Shown here: positions 19,172 through 29,117 of the stretch, one piece after another
How positions within the stretch are numbered: position 1 is the stretch's first letter
Layout of the letters: every line of letters begins with the position of its first letter
Virus record (IMG/VR): IMGVR_UViG_3300027770_000032
Reading direction: 5' to 3' (one strand)
From: a virus
DNA: 64,000 nucleotides
Translations under genes and position numbers: made by a program
The notes under the pieces: model-generated
Told to the model about the DNA's origin: nothing
What the model saw: the letters and a program-made list of their open reading frames with translations, nothing else
Database searches by the model: none

Positions 19172-20032
19172 ATGGCTCAATGGGGCAATACAGACGATGC
19201 TGCAAACTCGGTCCTATGGGCCACAACTGCAGTGAACAAAACACCTAACACGGTAAACCAAACTGCACTGTTCGGTAACACCACTGTCGGCGCATTTACT
19301 GCTGGCGAAGCAGTCGGCCAATTTGGTCTTGATGTAAACGAAGTTTCACTTGCAGTTGCCAACGTGGCAGTCGCACAGTATGTGATTACAAGCGGAGGTT
19401 CAGGTTATGGAGCGAATGCTGCAGTCACTGTTGCTAACACAACAGGCGGAGCAAATACACTTGCTGCTAACTCGACACAGACACTCGGTCGTATTACGGC
19501 AGTGACTGCAAACGCGACAATTCGTGGATATACATCGCGTCCAGCGGTGACAATCGCGGCACCTGCTGCACTTAATATCGTATCGAATACTGCTGGTTTC
19601 AGTAATACAAATGATACATTTCTTGTTGCAACTGCCAACTCTAAGTTTGCTGTCGGAGACAGAATCTATTACTCAGTTCCTACTGCAAATACTCCAATCG
19701 CTCCTCTCTCAGGTAATACGTACTACTACATACAAGCGGCGAATACGACAACAATCAAACTCGCAACTGCTCCAAATGGCGATGCGATTGATCTGACTGA
19801 CACTCGTAACCTTGCATCGCCTGAAACACACACAGTACGAGGTGATACTGCAACGGCTGAAGCTGTTCTCACCGGTTTCGGTGCTATCGACGGCGCAGCA
19901 CACACCGGTTGGGTACTTCGCACAGTCGGAAGTGGCGGTCGTGCAGGCCGCGTTCAGTATGAAACACTCGTTGCAATGGGTGGAAACTTCTCGACTGACG
20001 CATCTGACGACGCAATCTTGCCAGACGCATAA
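19172..20032 (+). CDS. Virion structural protein (decoration/fibre-like)
   Basis: A/T/N/G-rich beta-type composition; MAQWG...ETLVAM; AGGAG RBS. Confidence 0.65.
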   Translation: MAQWGNTDDAANSVLWATTAVNKTPNTVNQTALFGNTTVGAFTAGEAVGQFGLDVNEVSLAVANVAVAQYVITSGGSGYGANAAVTVANTTGGANTLAANSTQTLGRITAVTANATIRGYTSRPAVTIAAPAALNIVSNTAGFSNTNDTFLVATANSKFAVGDRIYYSVPTANTPIAPLSGNTYYYIQAANTTTIKLATAPNGDAIDLTDTRNLASPETHTVRGDTATAEAVLTGFGAIDGAAHTGWVLRTVGSGGRAGRVQYETLVAMGGNFSTDASDDAILPDA

Positions 20033-20041
20033 GGATAATAT

Positions 20042-20293
20042 ATGAGCGATCGTGCCAAGAAAATAACTGAACTGACTTCGATTGGTACGGCTAATACGTC
20101 GATCGCGAGCGGAGATATCTTCATTGTCGAGGATATCTCCGCAAACACGACAGTATCTGCTACATTATCCACACTTCGTAAAGCTATCGTACAAGGCCCA
20201 TATGCAAATAACACTGCCGCAAATACCGGCGGTGTTGCACTCGGTCAACTATACTATACTGCGGCAGGGGATGTGAAAGTAAGAAACGCCTAA
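20042..20293 (+). CDS. Small structural protein
   Basis: KKITELT; YANNTAA..GGVALGQLY. Confidence 0.6.
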   Translation: MSDRAKKITELTSIGTANTSIASGDIFIVEDISANTTVSATLSTLRKAIVQGPYANNTAANTGGVALGQLYYTAAGDVKVRNA

Positions 20294-20682
20294 TGATTGA
20301 AAAACTTGATGATTCGAATTTCTTGATATATGCTGCTAAGTGTTATGATAATCCACAATGTTTTGAGGATCTTGAATTCTACGAAGATCTTGCAAGATTT
20401 AAATATATTAAAAGATTACTGAATCGCTATGAAGAATCCGGAGAATTAAAAGACAGATTGATTGTCAATCATCTTGTTGTTCTATATAATGTATTTGGTA
20501 ACGAAGCTACAAGATTGATATTCTTTAAGTTAGAAGGCTATCATCATATGTTGAAGCCATTTATTATATTATTGGGAAGACTTCCGGAAAAGATATCGAA
20601 TATCGGTGTCGATAATAAGACTATTCTGACTGAAGATATTGTAATGGATGAGAAAATAGTACAGAAATTAAGGAAGATTTAA
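20293..20682 (+). CDS. Conserved T4-like hypothetical protein
   Basis: YDNPQC..EFYEDL.RFKYIKRL...NHLVVLYNVFG. Confidence 0.75.
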   Translation: MIEKLDDSNFLIYAAKCYDNPQCFEDLEFYEDLARFKYIKRLLNRYEESGELKDRLIVNHLVVLYNVFGNEATRLIFFKLEGYHHMLKPFIILLGRLPEKISNIGVDNKTILTEDIVMDEKIVQKLRKI

Positions 20683-21152
20683 TGGCCAATAAAGAAAAGC
20701 AAGAGTATGACTACGAAGGCGATATGGCCATGTCACAACTCAAGTCTATCCTTGCTAACGCTCAGCGTATGCATGATATGCTCGAAGTAGACACAAATCT
20801 TCCTGAATGGGTTCAATCAAAGATCACACTTGCCGAAGATTATATCACTACTGCTGCAAACTATATGCAAGGCGAGATGAGCGAAGACGTAGTTCGAGTA
20901 GGAACTCTTGCTCAACGCACTCAAGCTTATCGTGCAGATAAGGCAAAGAAAGCTGGCACCAATCTAAAGATGGATCCAGATACTGGAACACCAGATCACT
21001 TCACTGCTGCAATGCGCCGCAAAAAAGGTTTACCTGAAGAAGTAGCAACCAATTCGGTAGGTGCTGGCAATGTAGCGGGTTTGCAAGGCGAACCGCCAGT
21101 AAATAAGAAAAAGAAAAACGTCATGTCTTTCAATCGATTTATGAAAAAATAA
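20682..21152 (+). CDS. Putative internal head protein
   Basis: EGDMAMSQL...LPEWVQSKIT module; C-terminus MSFNRFMKK. Confidence 0.6.
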   Translation: MANKEKQEYDYEGDMAMSQLKSILANAQRMHDMLEVDTNLPEWVQSKITLAEDYITTAANYMQGEMSEDVVRVGTLAQRTQAYRADKAKKAGTNLKMDPDTGTPDHFTAAMRRKKGLPEEVATNSVGAGNVAGLQGEPPVNKKKKNVMSFNRFMKK

Positions 21153-21153
21153 T

Positions 21154-21669
21154 ATGTTAGGCATGATTCCTCTTCCGTATAAGCTACTTGCTATTGGAGC
21201 ATTGCTCATTGGAGTATTCTTTTACGGGTATATGAAAGGATCTGCTTATGCTGAAGCTGAATTGGCAAGGTTTGCTGCCAAAGCAAGTGAACAAGTTGCG
21301 GAATTGGAGAGGAAGAATTCTGCAATTTCTACTGAGGTAGTCACTGAATATGTTGATCGTACAAACACAATTAGAGAGAAAGAATATGTATATCTTGATG
21401 CCGCTAAAAACTCTGTTCCTAGTCAGTCTGTTATGTCTAACGGCTGGGTGTTCACGCACGACATTAGTGCCAGTGCCGGTGATGCCGACGCCGCCAGAAG
21501 TTCTGATGCGTCCCCCTCAGCAGTTAAAGACACTGATGCCCTCATCGGAATCATCAGAAACTACGCCATCTGCCAATCAAACTCGGTCCAACTCGTCGAA
21601 CTCCAACGCTGGATAAGTGAGAATAAAATGGCCGTTGATGCCATGGCAAAAGAGAATAAAAAGAAATGA
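21154..21669 (+). CDS. Inner-membrane spanin (Rz-like)
   Basis: N-terminal TM plus coiled coil; embeds a lipoprotein ORF. Confidence 0.75.
   Translation: MLGMIPLPYKLLAIGALLIGVFFYGYMKGSAYAEAELARFAAKASEQVAELERKNSAISTEVVTEYVDRTNTIREKEYVYLDAAKNSVPSQSVMSNGWVFTHDISASAGDADAARSSDASPSAVKDTDALIGIIRNYAICQSNSVQLVELQRWISENKMAVDAMAKENKKK
21386..21616 (+). CDS. Outer-membrane spanin lipoprotein (Rz1-like), embedded in the +1 frame
   Basis: Signal peptide with lipobox LTAG|C followed by a Pro-rich segment; start 21386 or 21398. Confidence 0.75.
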   Translation: MYILMPLKTLFLVSLLCLTAGCSRTTLVPVPVMPTPPEVLMRPPQQLKTLMPSSESSETTPSANQTRSNSSNSNAG

Positions 21670-21881
21670 AAAAGTTTAAAGACGCTCCAGTAGAAGACGA
21701 TTCGAATGACAGTGTCATTACGATCATTGCTAACTCTCTCAATAGAGCGAGTAGTGGTAATAAAGATGATACGCGTGGTCTACTCTTGTTGATCGCTGCT
21801 CTTGGACTTCTTAATCTTTCAAAAGACGGGCTTCCTGCAAGTGTCGCAAGAAAGCTCGCATCAACATCAAACAGAAAATAA
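21666..21881 (+). CDS. Small hydrophobic protein
   Basis: Coupled ORF; LLLLIAALGLL. Confidence 0.6.
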   Translation: MKKFKDAPVEDDSNDSVITIIANSLNRASSGNKDDTRGLLLLIAALGLLNLSKDGLPASVARKLASTSNRK

Positions 21882-21892
21882 CGGAGATTCTT

Positions 21893-22087
21893 ATGTGGAA
21901 TAAAATTAAAAGCTTGATCGCTTGGTTTACGAAAACAGCAGATCTGAATAAAGATGGCAAAATCACAGCGGAAGATCTTGAGCTTGCAAAAGCGGTTGCT
22001 GATAAGACGGCCAAAGAAGCAAACGAAGTTATCAATGCTGTGAGCGATGCTGCTGACAAAATTAAGAAAGTTAGAAAAAAGAAATGA
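21893..22087 (+). CDS. Small EF-hand protein
   Basis: DLNKDGKITAEDL; GGAG RBS. Confidence 0.7.
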   Translation: MWNKIKSLIAWFTKTADLNKDGKITAEDLELAKAVADKTAKEANEVINAVSDAADKIKKVRKKK

Positions 22088-22533
22088 GCTTAATGTCATT
22101 TTTCTCGTCACCACCAATTACGAGCTTCGAACAACTTGAGCTAGAAAAAGGTAAGATTCAGCTGACTATCATGAAGATGGTAACGCTCGTCTTATCATCT
22201 ATTATGTTAGCAGTTGTCGGTATCTTCCTGATTGGCCTCTTTTTGCCAAATGAAATGATCGATAATAACGAGATCTTTAAGATTATTGGTCCAGCATTCT
22301 CAATGATCATCGGCGCCTTTGTCGGTGCTTTTGCTACAATGATGGGCATGAAAGTAGCCGAGTTTGATCCAAATGTCAAGACACAAGAGCTCGGTAAGAC
22401 TGATCATAAGGTTCTTGCAGAAGCTCATGTGATTAACGCACAAGCCGAATCGATTGAAACCGAAAATGAAATTAAGATGATGGCTGCTATCGATAAATAC
22501 AAAGACAGCGACGAGGATTTTGGTCCTTTCTAA
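22084..22533 (+). CDS. Two-TM membrane protein (holin-like candidate)
   Basis: Two hydrophobic helices; lies in the lysis cluster. Confidence 0.55.
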   Translation: MSLMSFFSSPPITSFEQLELEKGKIQLTIMKMVTLVLSSIMLAVVGIFLIGLFLPNEMIDNNEIFKIIGPAFSMIIGAFVGAFATMMGMKVAEFDPNVKTQELGKTDHKVLAEAHVINAQAESIETENEIKMMAAIDKYKDSDEDFGPF

Positions 22534-22567
22534 ATTATGATTTCGTTAACCTAACGGAGTCGAAGAA

Positions 22568-22807
22568 ATGTTTAAAAAAATAAAAGATCTCATTTTTCAG
22601 ACATTCACTGGAAAAGATAATAAGACACTTGATCTTGGTAGAATTCTGTGGGCCAAAGGAGTAATCATCTTCTTTGGTCTGTCGATCTATGACATCTATC
22701 GCGGAGCAACATTCGATGCATCAACATGGGGTATCGGTCTTGGTGCAGTACTTGCCGCCGGCGGTGCAGCTCTTGCACTTAAAGCTAGCACAGAACCAAC
22801 AGAATAA
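22568..22807 (+). CDS. Two-TM membrane protein (holin-like candidate)
   Basis: FTGKDNKTLDLGR followed by two TMs. Confidence 0.55.
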   Translation: MFKKIKDLIFQTFTGKDNKTLDLGRILWAKGVIIFFGLSIYDIYRGATFDASTWGIGLGAVLAAGGAALALKASTEPTE

Positions 22808-23289
22808 TGGCAACTCCAAACGTCAACAAGCTAGTTGAAGATGTATCGTATCTGAGTAGAGATATGGCAGTCGTCAATACGCTTGTTGGCCGTTTGGATA
22901 CCACCATTGATAAGCTGACTGATATTTCAAGCATCGTATCAAATCTTCTTGCTGTTCACGAAACTAAGCTAACTTCTCAAGAAATTATAAGTAAACAACT
23001 ATCAGATTTAGTGGAAGCGCGTAGAGTGGAAACAGACGATAAGATTCAAATCTTACATGAGCGCATCTCTTCTGGTGAACGCGAGTTGAAAGATAATATC
23101 GATGATCAGTACGATGAATTGATGAAAGAAATTAAAGAGATGAGAGCAGAGTCGACTATTCAGCATAATACTCTGAGTGATCGCATCACTACTATGGAAA
23201 AATGGATGTGGGCAGTCATCGGTGGTTCTGCTATTGTGGGTGGCATTATAACTCTCGTTCCGTGGGCATCTATATTTAATATAGGCTAA
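22807..23289 (+). CDS. Coiled-coil protein with C-terminal TM
   Basis: Heptad pattern, EKWMW, then a TM. Confidence 0.65.
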   Translation: MATPNVNKLVEDVSYLSRDMAVVNTLVGRLDTTIDKLTDISSIVSNLLAVHETKLTSQEIISKQLSDLVEARRVETDDKIQILHERISSGERELKDNIDDQYDELMKEIKEMRAESTIQHNTLSDRITTMEKWMWAVIGGSAIVGGIITLVPWASIFNIG

Positions 23290-23306
23290 TTTAGCTAAAA
23301 TAAACA

Positions 23307-23334
23307 TGTACAATAATGACAATCTGTGTATAAT
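23307..23334 (+). promoter_or_regulatory. Early/middle-type promoter for primase
   Basis: AAATAAACA-TGTACA-N16-TATAAT. Confidence 0.7.
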
Positions 23335-23357
23335 GAAGTTAACAGATTGGAGTTGTT

Positions 23358-24377
23358 ATGCTTTGGATAGAACACAAATACATTAGTCTTCTCTCAGGAA
23401 GATTAGAAAGATTTCAGAGAATCAATAGCAATGTCTATCGGTTCCGTTGCCCGATCTGCGGCGACTCTCAAAAGGATCGTCGTAAGTCTCGTGGGCATCT
23501 TCTCGAAAGAGGAGGTAAGATTCGCTTTTATTGTCATAACTGTAGCGCGAGCATGCAGTTTAAGTATTTCATGAAAGAGATCGATCCGACTCTCTATCTC
23601 GAATATGTCAAAGAACAGATCAAAGAATCCGGTAATCAAAAAGACGTCGAGACTTTTGCAGAGAAGATGAAACCTCCAGTCTTTGTCAAGACCACGGCTC
23701 TCTCGAAACTCAAGAAAGTAAGTCAGTTAGATCCTGACCATCCTGTTAAAAAATACATTAACAGTCGACAGATTCCATCCCATCTACATTACAAGTTATT
23801 CTATGCTCCAAAATTTGGCGCGTGGGTAAATAGTATGCTTCCTGATAAAATGAAGATCGGTGAGAAAGACGAACCTCGTCTGATCATACCATTCCTTGAT
23901 CAAGAAAAGAATCTCTTCGGTTTTCAAGGCAGATCGTTTCGAAAAGATGGTGTTCGATATATTACGATCATGCTCGACGAAAGCAAACCAAAAGTATTTG
24001 GACTCGATACGATCGATGAGTCCAAAGATATATATCTATTAGAGGGACCGATCGATTCGATGTTCTTGCCGAATGCCATGGCGGCGGCTGGTGGAGATCT
24101 TTCTGCACAAATCGAACAAACCGGTTTACTTAAAGAGAAAATTGTGGTAGTATTTGATAATGAGCCAAGACATTCAGATACAATCAAAAGAATGCAGAAG
24201 GCCATTGATGCTGGTTATCGTGTAGTCATATGGCCATCAGACATCCAACATAAAGATGTCAATGATATGATTTTAGCTGGCTACACGTCAGAATATATTA
24301 AGGGTGTTTTAGATGAATGTAATTACTCAGGACCAACTGCAAAACTACATTTCGCGATATGGCGAAAAGACCGTTGA
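23358..24377 (+). CDS. gp61: DNA primase
   Basis: CPICGDS..CHNC Zn ribbon, EGPIDS, FDNEPR, KDVND. Confidence 0.95.
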   Translation: MLWIEHKYISLLSGRLERFQRINSNVYRFRCPICGDSQKDRRKSRGHLLERGGKIRFYCHNCSASMQFKYFMKEIDPTLYLEYVKEQIKESGNQKDVETFAEKMKPPVFVKTTALSKLKKVSQLDPDHPVKKYINSRQIPSHLHYKLFYAPKFGAWVNSMLPDKMKIGEKDEPRLIIPFLDQEKNLFGFQGRSFRKDGVRYITIMLDESKPKVFGLDTIDESKDIYLLEGPIDSMFLPNAMAAAGGDLSAQIEQTGLLKEKIVVVFDNEPRHSDTIKRMQKAIDAGYRVVIWPSDIQHKDVNDMILAGYTSEYIKGVLDECNYSGPTAKLHFAIWRKDR

Positions 24378-24591
24378 GGCTATACAGAATCTTCCAGAGC
24401 AAATGCTTACATGGGTAGTTTATAATGCTAACATGGTTCAGACTGCCGTAGAACTAATCATCGATCTTCGTGGTGAAGATTTCTATTATGATTATGTTCA
24501 GGTGATGTCATGTGAACAAGGCGAAGATAACTGGGGTCCTTTGTATTTTGATCCTCACGTATTTAAACTATTAGGAAACGGATATGACTGA
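24313..24591 (+). CDS. Hypothetical protein (start uncertain)
   Basis: ORF track. Confidence 0.5.
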   Translation: MNVITQDQLQNYISRYGEKTVEAIQNLPEQMLTWVVYNANMVQTAVELIIDLRGEDFYYDYVQVMSCEQGEDNWGPLYFDPHVFKLLGNGYD

Positions 24592-24856
24592 GTTAGTAGA
24601 TAACGAGTTTGGAGTCGAGTACGAGCAGATCTCTATTCGGAAGCTTCGAATCTTTCGAGTTGGAAAGCAATGGCTTGTCGAGTATCAACGCGCTGCTCGA
24701 TTGTGGGCTCCATGGGATTACTTCTGGTGGTACAATGATGGTCAGTACGTCGAGTACTACGATGCTCTTGGTAGAGTCAATGATCTGAAGGCGAATGGAT
24801 ATATAAATCTTCCACAGTTCCAAAAGGTGAAAACGTTCGATGTCTCATCTGAGTGA
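24584..24856 (+). CDS. Hypothetical protein
   Basis: Coupled ORF. Confidence 0.6.
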   Translation: MTELVDNEFGVEYEQISIRKLRIFRVGKQWLVEYQRAARLWAPWDYFWWYNDGQYVEYYDALGRVNDLKANGYINLPQFQKVKTFDVSSE

Positions 24857-24986
24857 TAATAACATAAGTTATTTTAAGCACATGTTGAGATCATGGCGCT
24901 GGGGAGCAATACTGTTTATTCATGGTTTATTTCCAAACGTATTCAAGACAAAAGTAAGTGATGAAATGTGTAATCATAAGGATTAA
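24840..24986 (+). CDS. Small protein (DUF6356-like)
   Basis: Manually read: MSHL...SYFKH...FIHGLFPNVF. Confidence 0.5.
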   Translation: MSHLSDNNISYFKHMLRSWRWGAILFIHGLFPNVFKTKVSDEMCNHKD

Positions 24987-24988
24987 TA

Positions 24989-25126
24989 ATGCGTGAACCA
25001 ATCGCGAAGATAGATGAATATGAAATGAAAACGGCGAGTGGCAATATTTGGATTGTTACTCTTCTTGGTGATAAAGCCACGAATGGTAAGCGGTATTGTG
25101 AAGCACACATAAAGGGTAAAAAATGA
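24989..25126 (+). CDS. Small hypothetical protein
   Basis: Manually read 45-aa ORF with AAGGA RBS; ATGA overlap with thyX. Confidence 0.5.
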   Translation: MREPIAKIDEYEMKTASGNIWIVTLLGDKATNGKRYCEAHIKGKK

Positions 25127-25821
25127 GTGAAGTAAATTTAATCGGTCTGACGAAACCGAGTGCCTATACAGAATGTAATACAGCAAATGAATTGGTTGCA
25201 TGGGCAGCAAGAGTATCCAACCCATCGAATCAAAATAACGCAGCAACAGCACCGAAACTGGTTCAATATCTTATTCGCAATCAACACTGGTCACCACTGG
25301 AGATGGTACATGTATCAATGGAAATTAAAACAACTCGTGACATCGCTCGGCAAATACTTCGCCATCGATCCTTTTCCTTCCAAGAATTTTCACAGAGATA
25401 TGCAGACCCGACTCAAGAACTTGGACTCGGCACTCGAGAAGCACGACTACAAGACGCCAAGAATCGACAGAACTCAATTGAAGTAGATGATAAAACAGTT
25501 AATACTGAATGGGAACATATACAGCGCCGTATGATCTATCATGCAAAGAAAGAGTATAACACTGCAATTAAACTTGGCATGGCAAAAGAACAAGCACGAG
25601 CATTGCTTCCAGAAGGATTGACAGAATCGACTATCATCATGGCTGGTTCGCTCCGTTCATGGGTGCATTACTGCCAGTTGCGTATGGATCGTGCGACTCA
25701 GAAAGAACATCGCATTGTTGCCGAGCAATGCTGGGAAATAATTTGTCAGCACTTTCCTGATGTGAAAGCTGCTTTGGATAGTATGGCTGCACAAGCAGAG
25801 TTTGAGAGGAAGTTACCATGA
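25123..25821 (+). CDS. thyX: Flavin-dependent thymidylate synthase
   Basis: HWSPLE, QILRHRSFSFQEFSQRY, QKEHR. Confidence 0.95.
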   Translation: MSEVNLIGLTKPSAYTECNTANELVAWAARVSNPSNQNNAATAPKLVQYLIRNQHWSPLEMVHVSMEIKTTRDIARQILRHRSFSFQEFSQRYADPTQELGLGTREARLQDAKNRQNSIEVDDKTVNTEWEHIQRRMIYHAKKEYNTAIKLGMAKEQARALLPEGLTESTIIMAGSLRSWVHYCQLRMDRATQKEHRIVAEQCWEIICQHFPDVKAALDSMAAQAEFERKLP

Positions 25822-25997
25822 AACATAGTACCGTAGTAAAAGAAACTGAAGATGGTGAGTTATATATAGAACTACCATATGAACTCTTAAAGACATTACA
25901 TTGGGGCGAAGACACAGAATTAGTGTGGTCGTATGGAGAAACTAACTCTTGGATCCTTAAAAAGAAAGAAAATGATGATACTTGTAACGAAACGTGA
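25818..25997 (+). CDS. AbrB/MazE-like small protein
   Basis: Manually read: DGELYIELPYELLKTLHWGEDTELVW. Confidence 0.55.
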   Translation: MKHSTVVKETEDGELYIELPYELLKTLHWGEDTELVWSYGETNSWILKKKENDDTCNET

Positions 25998-28242
25998 TGG
26001 ATCAAAAGAAGCTTTAAATATTAATAAGTTCCATAAAGTAGCGCTGCATGCGTGTGAAGGTTTAAGCGGCGTTTCTGTTTCAGATCTTGAAATCAAAACT
26101 CATATTCAATTTTATGATAAGATTAAGTCTTCTGATATTCAAGAGACTCTGATCAAGGCAGCTGCTGAACTCATTACAGAAGACGAACCGAACTATCAGT
26201 ATGTTGCTGGTCGTCTGATCAACTATAATCTTCGTAAACAAGTATATGGGCAGTATGAGCCTATCTCTTTATGTCAACATTTTGCTAATGTAGTCGAAGA
26301 AGGCTATTATGATGAATCATTGGCTGATGTATATGACGATGCAGAGTGGTTTGAATTAGCAGAATACATCGACCACGACCGTGATAACCTGCTAACCTAT
26401 GCTGCCATGGAACAGTTCCGCGGTAAGTATCTGATCCGCAACCGTGTCACCAACAAATTCTACGAAACGCCTCAGATGGCATTCATGTTGATTGCCATGA
26501 CTCTCTTCCAAAATTACAAAACAGATCGAATGAAATGGGTAAAGGACCTTTATGATGCTATCAGTAAATTTGACATTAGTCTTCCTACTCCTATTATGGC
26601 AGGAGTGCGCTCACCTCAACATCAGTTTAGTTCGTGCGTACTTATCGAAACTGACGACTCACTGGATTCCATAAATGCAACAGCTTCTGCGATTGTTAAG
26701 TACGTTTCACAAAAGGCCGGAATTGGTATTGGCGGCGGTTCTATTAGGGCTATTGGATCTCCTATACGTAATGGTGATGCTTCTCACACTGGTGTTATTC
26801 CTTTTTATAAGCATTTCCAATCGGCTGTTAAATCTTGTAGCCAAGGTGGTGTCCGCGGTGGAGCAGCGACTCTCTATTACCCCCTTTGGCATTACGAAGT
26901 TGAAGATATTCTTGTCCTAAAGAATAACAAGGGCACAGAAGACAATCGAATTCGTCATCTTGATTATGGCGTACAATTTAACAAGGTAATGTATGAAAGA
27001 CTTTTATCTGGAGGTAATATCACCCTCTTCTCGCCTAGTGATGTCCCGGACCTCTATGAAGCCTTTTATAAAAGCACTGAAGACTTTAAAGAACTCTATG
27101 AAAAGTACGAACGTAGTAAGGTTAGAAAGAAAACCATCTCTGCGATTGATCTCTTCTCAACCTTCGTTACCGAGCGAAAAGATACCGGACGAATCTATCT
27201 GATGAACGTCGACCATTGCAATGAGCATGGTTCGTTTACTCAAGCAGCACCAATTAAGATGAGCAATCTTTGTTGTGAGATTACATTACCAACTACACCA
27301 TTAAAGGATATTCACGATGAGTCAGGCGAAATCAGCCTTTGCACGCTTGCAGCAATCAATTGGGGAAAGATTAAGAAACCAGCAGATTTCGAAAAGCCAT
27401 GCACCCTTGCAGTACGCGCTTTGGATGCCTTACTGGATTATCAGGACTATCCTGTTCGAGCCGCTGCTATTGGTACTCGGAATCGCCGGCCTTTGGGTAT
27501 TGGCATCATTAATTTTGCTTATTGGTTGGCTCGCAACGACACTAATTATTCTCATCCAAACCTTGATCTGGTCCATGAGTATGCTGAAGCATGGAGTTAC
27601 TATCTTATTAAAGCCTCTGTCGATCTTGCTGAAGAAGTAGGTTCTTGCCCTCTTGATCATCAAACAAAGTATGCGTATGGTACTATGCCAATCGATACAT
27701 ATAAGAAAGAAGTTGATGAACTTGTAGAGCCAAACTATAAGATGCCATGGAGTATACTTGCAAGTCGAGCATTATCATCTGGTATTCGTAACTCGACTCT
27801 GATGGCTCTCATGCCAGCCGAGACTTCTGCTCAGATCAGTAACTCAACCAACGGTATTGAACCACCACGTGCACTCATCTCGATCAAGCAATCAAAAGAT
27901 GGTGTACTCAAGCAAGTTGTTCCTGAGTTAAAAAGATTAAAGAATAAATATGAGTTACTATGGGATCAAAAGTCTCCAGAAGGTTATCTGAAGATTATGG
28001 CAGTCCTACAGAAATTTATCGATCAAGCAATCTCAGTCAATACTTCTTATAATCCTCGTCATTACGAAGATGAAAAGATTCCAATGTCTGAGATGATCAA
28101 ACATATTCTGATGCACTACAAGTATGGCGGTAAGACACTCTACTACTTCAACACCTTTGACGGAGCTGGTGAGATGGAAGAACTTAAACCACTCGCACAA
28201 GGTCAACTCGAAGACGAGGATTGTGATTCTTGTAAAATATGA
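25972..28242 (+). CDS. nrdA: Class Ia ribonucleotide reductase alpha subunit
   Basis: ATP cone VTKRDG, SSCVL, SNLCCEI, TLYY, C-terminal CDSCKI. Confidence 0.97.
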   Translation: MMILVTKRDGSKEALNINKFHKVALHACEGLSGVSVSDLEIKTHIQFYDKIKSSDIQETLIKAAAELITEDEPNYQYVAGRLINYNLRKQVYGQYEPISLCQHFANVVEEGYYDESLADVYDDAEWFELAEYIDHDRDNLLTYAAMEQFRGKYLIRNRVTNKFYETPQMAFMLIAMTLFQNYKTDRMKWVKDLYDAISKFDISLPTPIMAGVRSPQHQFSSCVLIETDDSLDSINATASAIVKYVSQKAGIGIGGGSIRAIGSPIRNGDASHTGVIPFYKHFQSAVKSCSQGGVRGGAATLYYPLWHYEVEDILVLKNNKGTEDNRIRHLDYGVQFNKVMYERLLSGGNITLFSPSDVPDLYEAFYKSTEDFKELYEKYERSKVRKKTISAIDLFSTFVTERKDTGRIYLMNVDHCNEHGSFTQAAPIKMSNLCCEITLPTTPLKDIHDESGEISLCTLAAINWGKIKKPADFEKPCTLAVRALDALLDYQDYPVRAAAIGTRNRRPLGIGIINFAYWLARNDTNYSHPNLDLVHEYAEAWSYYLIKASVDLAEEVGSCPLDHQTKYAYGTMPIDTYKKEVDELVEPNYKMPWSILASRALSSGIRNSTLMALMPAETSAQISNSTNGIEPPRALISIKQSKDGVLKQVVPELKRLKNKYELLWDQKSPEGYLKIMAVLQKFIDQAISVNTSYNPRHYEDEKIPMSEMIKHILMHYKYGGKTLYYFNTFDGAGEMEELKPLAQGQLEDEDCDSCKI

Positions 28243-29015
28243 AATATAAAACTATCTTCATTAGTGATGTTCACTTAGGAACAAAAGATTGCAAAGCCGA
28301 TCTTTTGAATAACTTTCTTAAGCACAACACGTGTGATACTTTATATTTGGTTGGTGATATCATTGATGCATGGAAAATACAACAAAATCGTTTAAAATGG
28401 AAACAGTCACATACCAATGTAGTCAGAAGAATTTTAGGATTTGCTAAACACGGTACTCGTGTAGTCTATGTTGCCGGCAATCACGATGAATTTCTTCGCC
28501 CGATGATTCCGTATGGTGTAAGTTTTGGTAAGATTGAAATATGTAATCAGATATGCCATGAAGGTGTTGATGGTAAAAAATACATGGTTGTTCATGGTGA
28601 TCTTTTTGATGGCATTACTCGTCTTGCACCTTGGTTAAGTTTTCTTGGCGACAGAGCATATGATTTTGTACTTAATTTAAATAGTCGGTTTAATTGGATT
28701 CGCCATAGACTTGGATTTGGCTATTGGTCTCTAAGTAAGTGGTTAAAGTATAAAGTCAAGAGAGCCATCGACTTTATGTTTCAGTTTGAAAAAAATGTTA
28801 CTGCATATGCTAAAAGAAAAGGATATGATGGAGTAATTTGCGGTCATATACACAATGCAGAAATCAAAGATATCGATGGCAGCATGTATATGAACGATGG
28901 CGATTGGGTAGAATCATGTACTGCACTTGTCGAACATCGAGATGGCAGGTGGGAAATCGTAACATGGCAGGAAATTAAAAATGAAAATAAAAAAATTAAT
29001 TTTAAAAATGTATGA
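28239..29015 (+). CDS. Metallophosphoesterase (LpxH-like)
   Basis: SDVHLG, GDIID, GNHD, HGD, GHIH, NDGDW. Confidence 0.85.
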   Translation: MKYKTIFISDVHLGTKDCKADLLNNFLKHNTCDTLYLVGDIIDAWKIQQNRLKWKQSHTNVVRRILGFAKHGTRVVYVAGNHDEFLRPMIPYGVSFGKIEICNQICHEGVDGKKYMVVHGDLFDGITRLAPWLSFLGDRAYDFVLNLNSRFNWIRHRLGFGYWSLSKWLKYKVKRAIDFMFQFEKNVTAYAKRKGYDGVICGHIHNAEIKDIDGSMYMNDGDWVESCTALVEHRDGRWEIVTWQEIKNENKKINFKNV

Positions 29016-29112
29016 AGCGATACTCAAAAAAGATACTCAAACTGAAAAGAAACTTTGGTTTCAAGCTTTAAAAAAATCGCTTAAACATAAAAAAACTCAT
29101 ACTATAAAATAA
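28981..29112 (+). CDS. Small basic protein
   Basis: Manually read 43-aa Lys-rich ORF. Confidence 0.4.
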   Translation: MKIKKLILKMYEAILKKDTQTEKKLWFQALKKSLKHKKTHTIK

Positions 29113-29117
29113 AGTGG

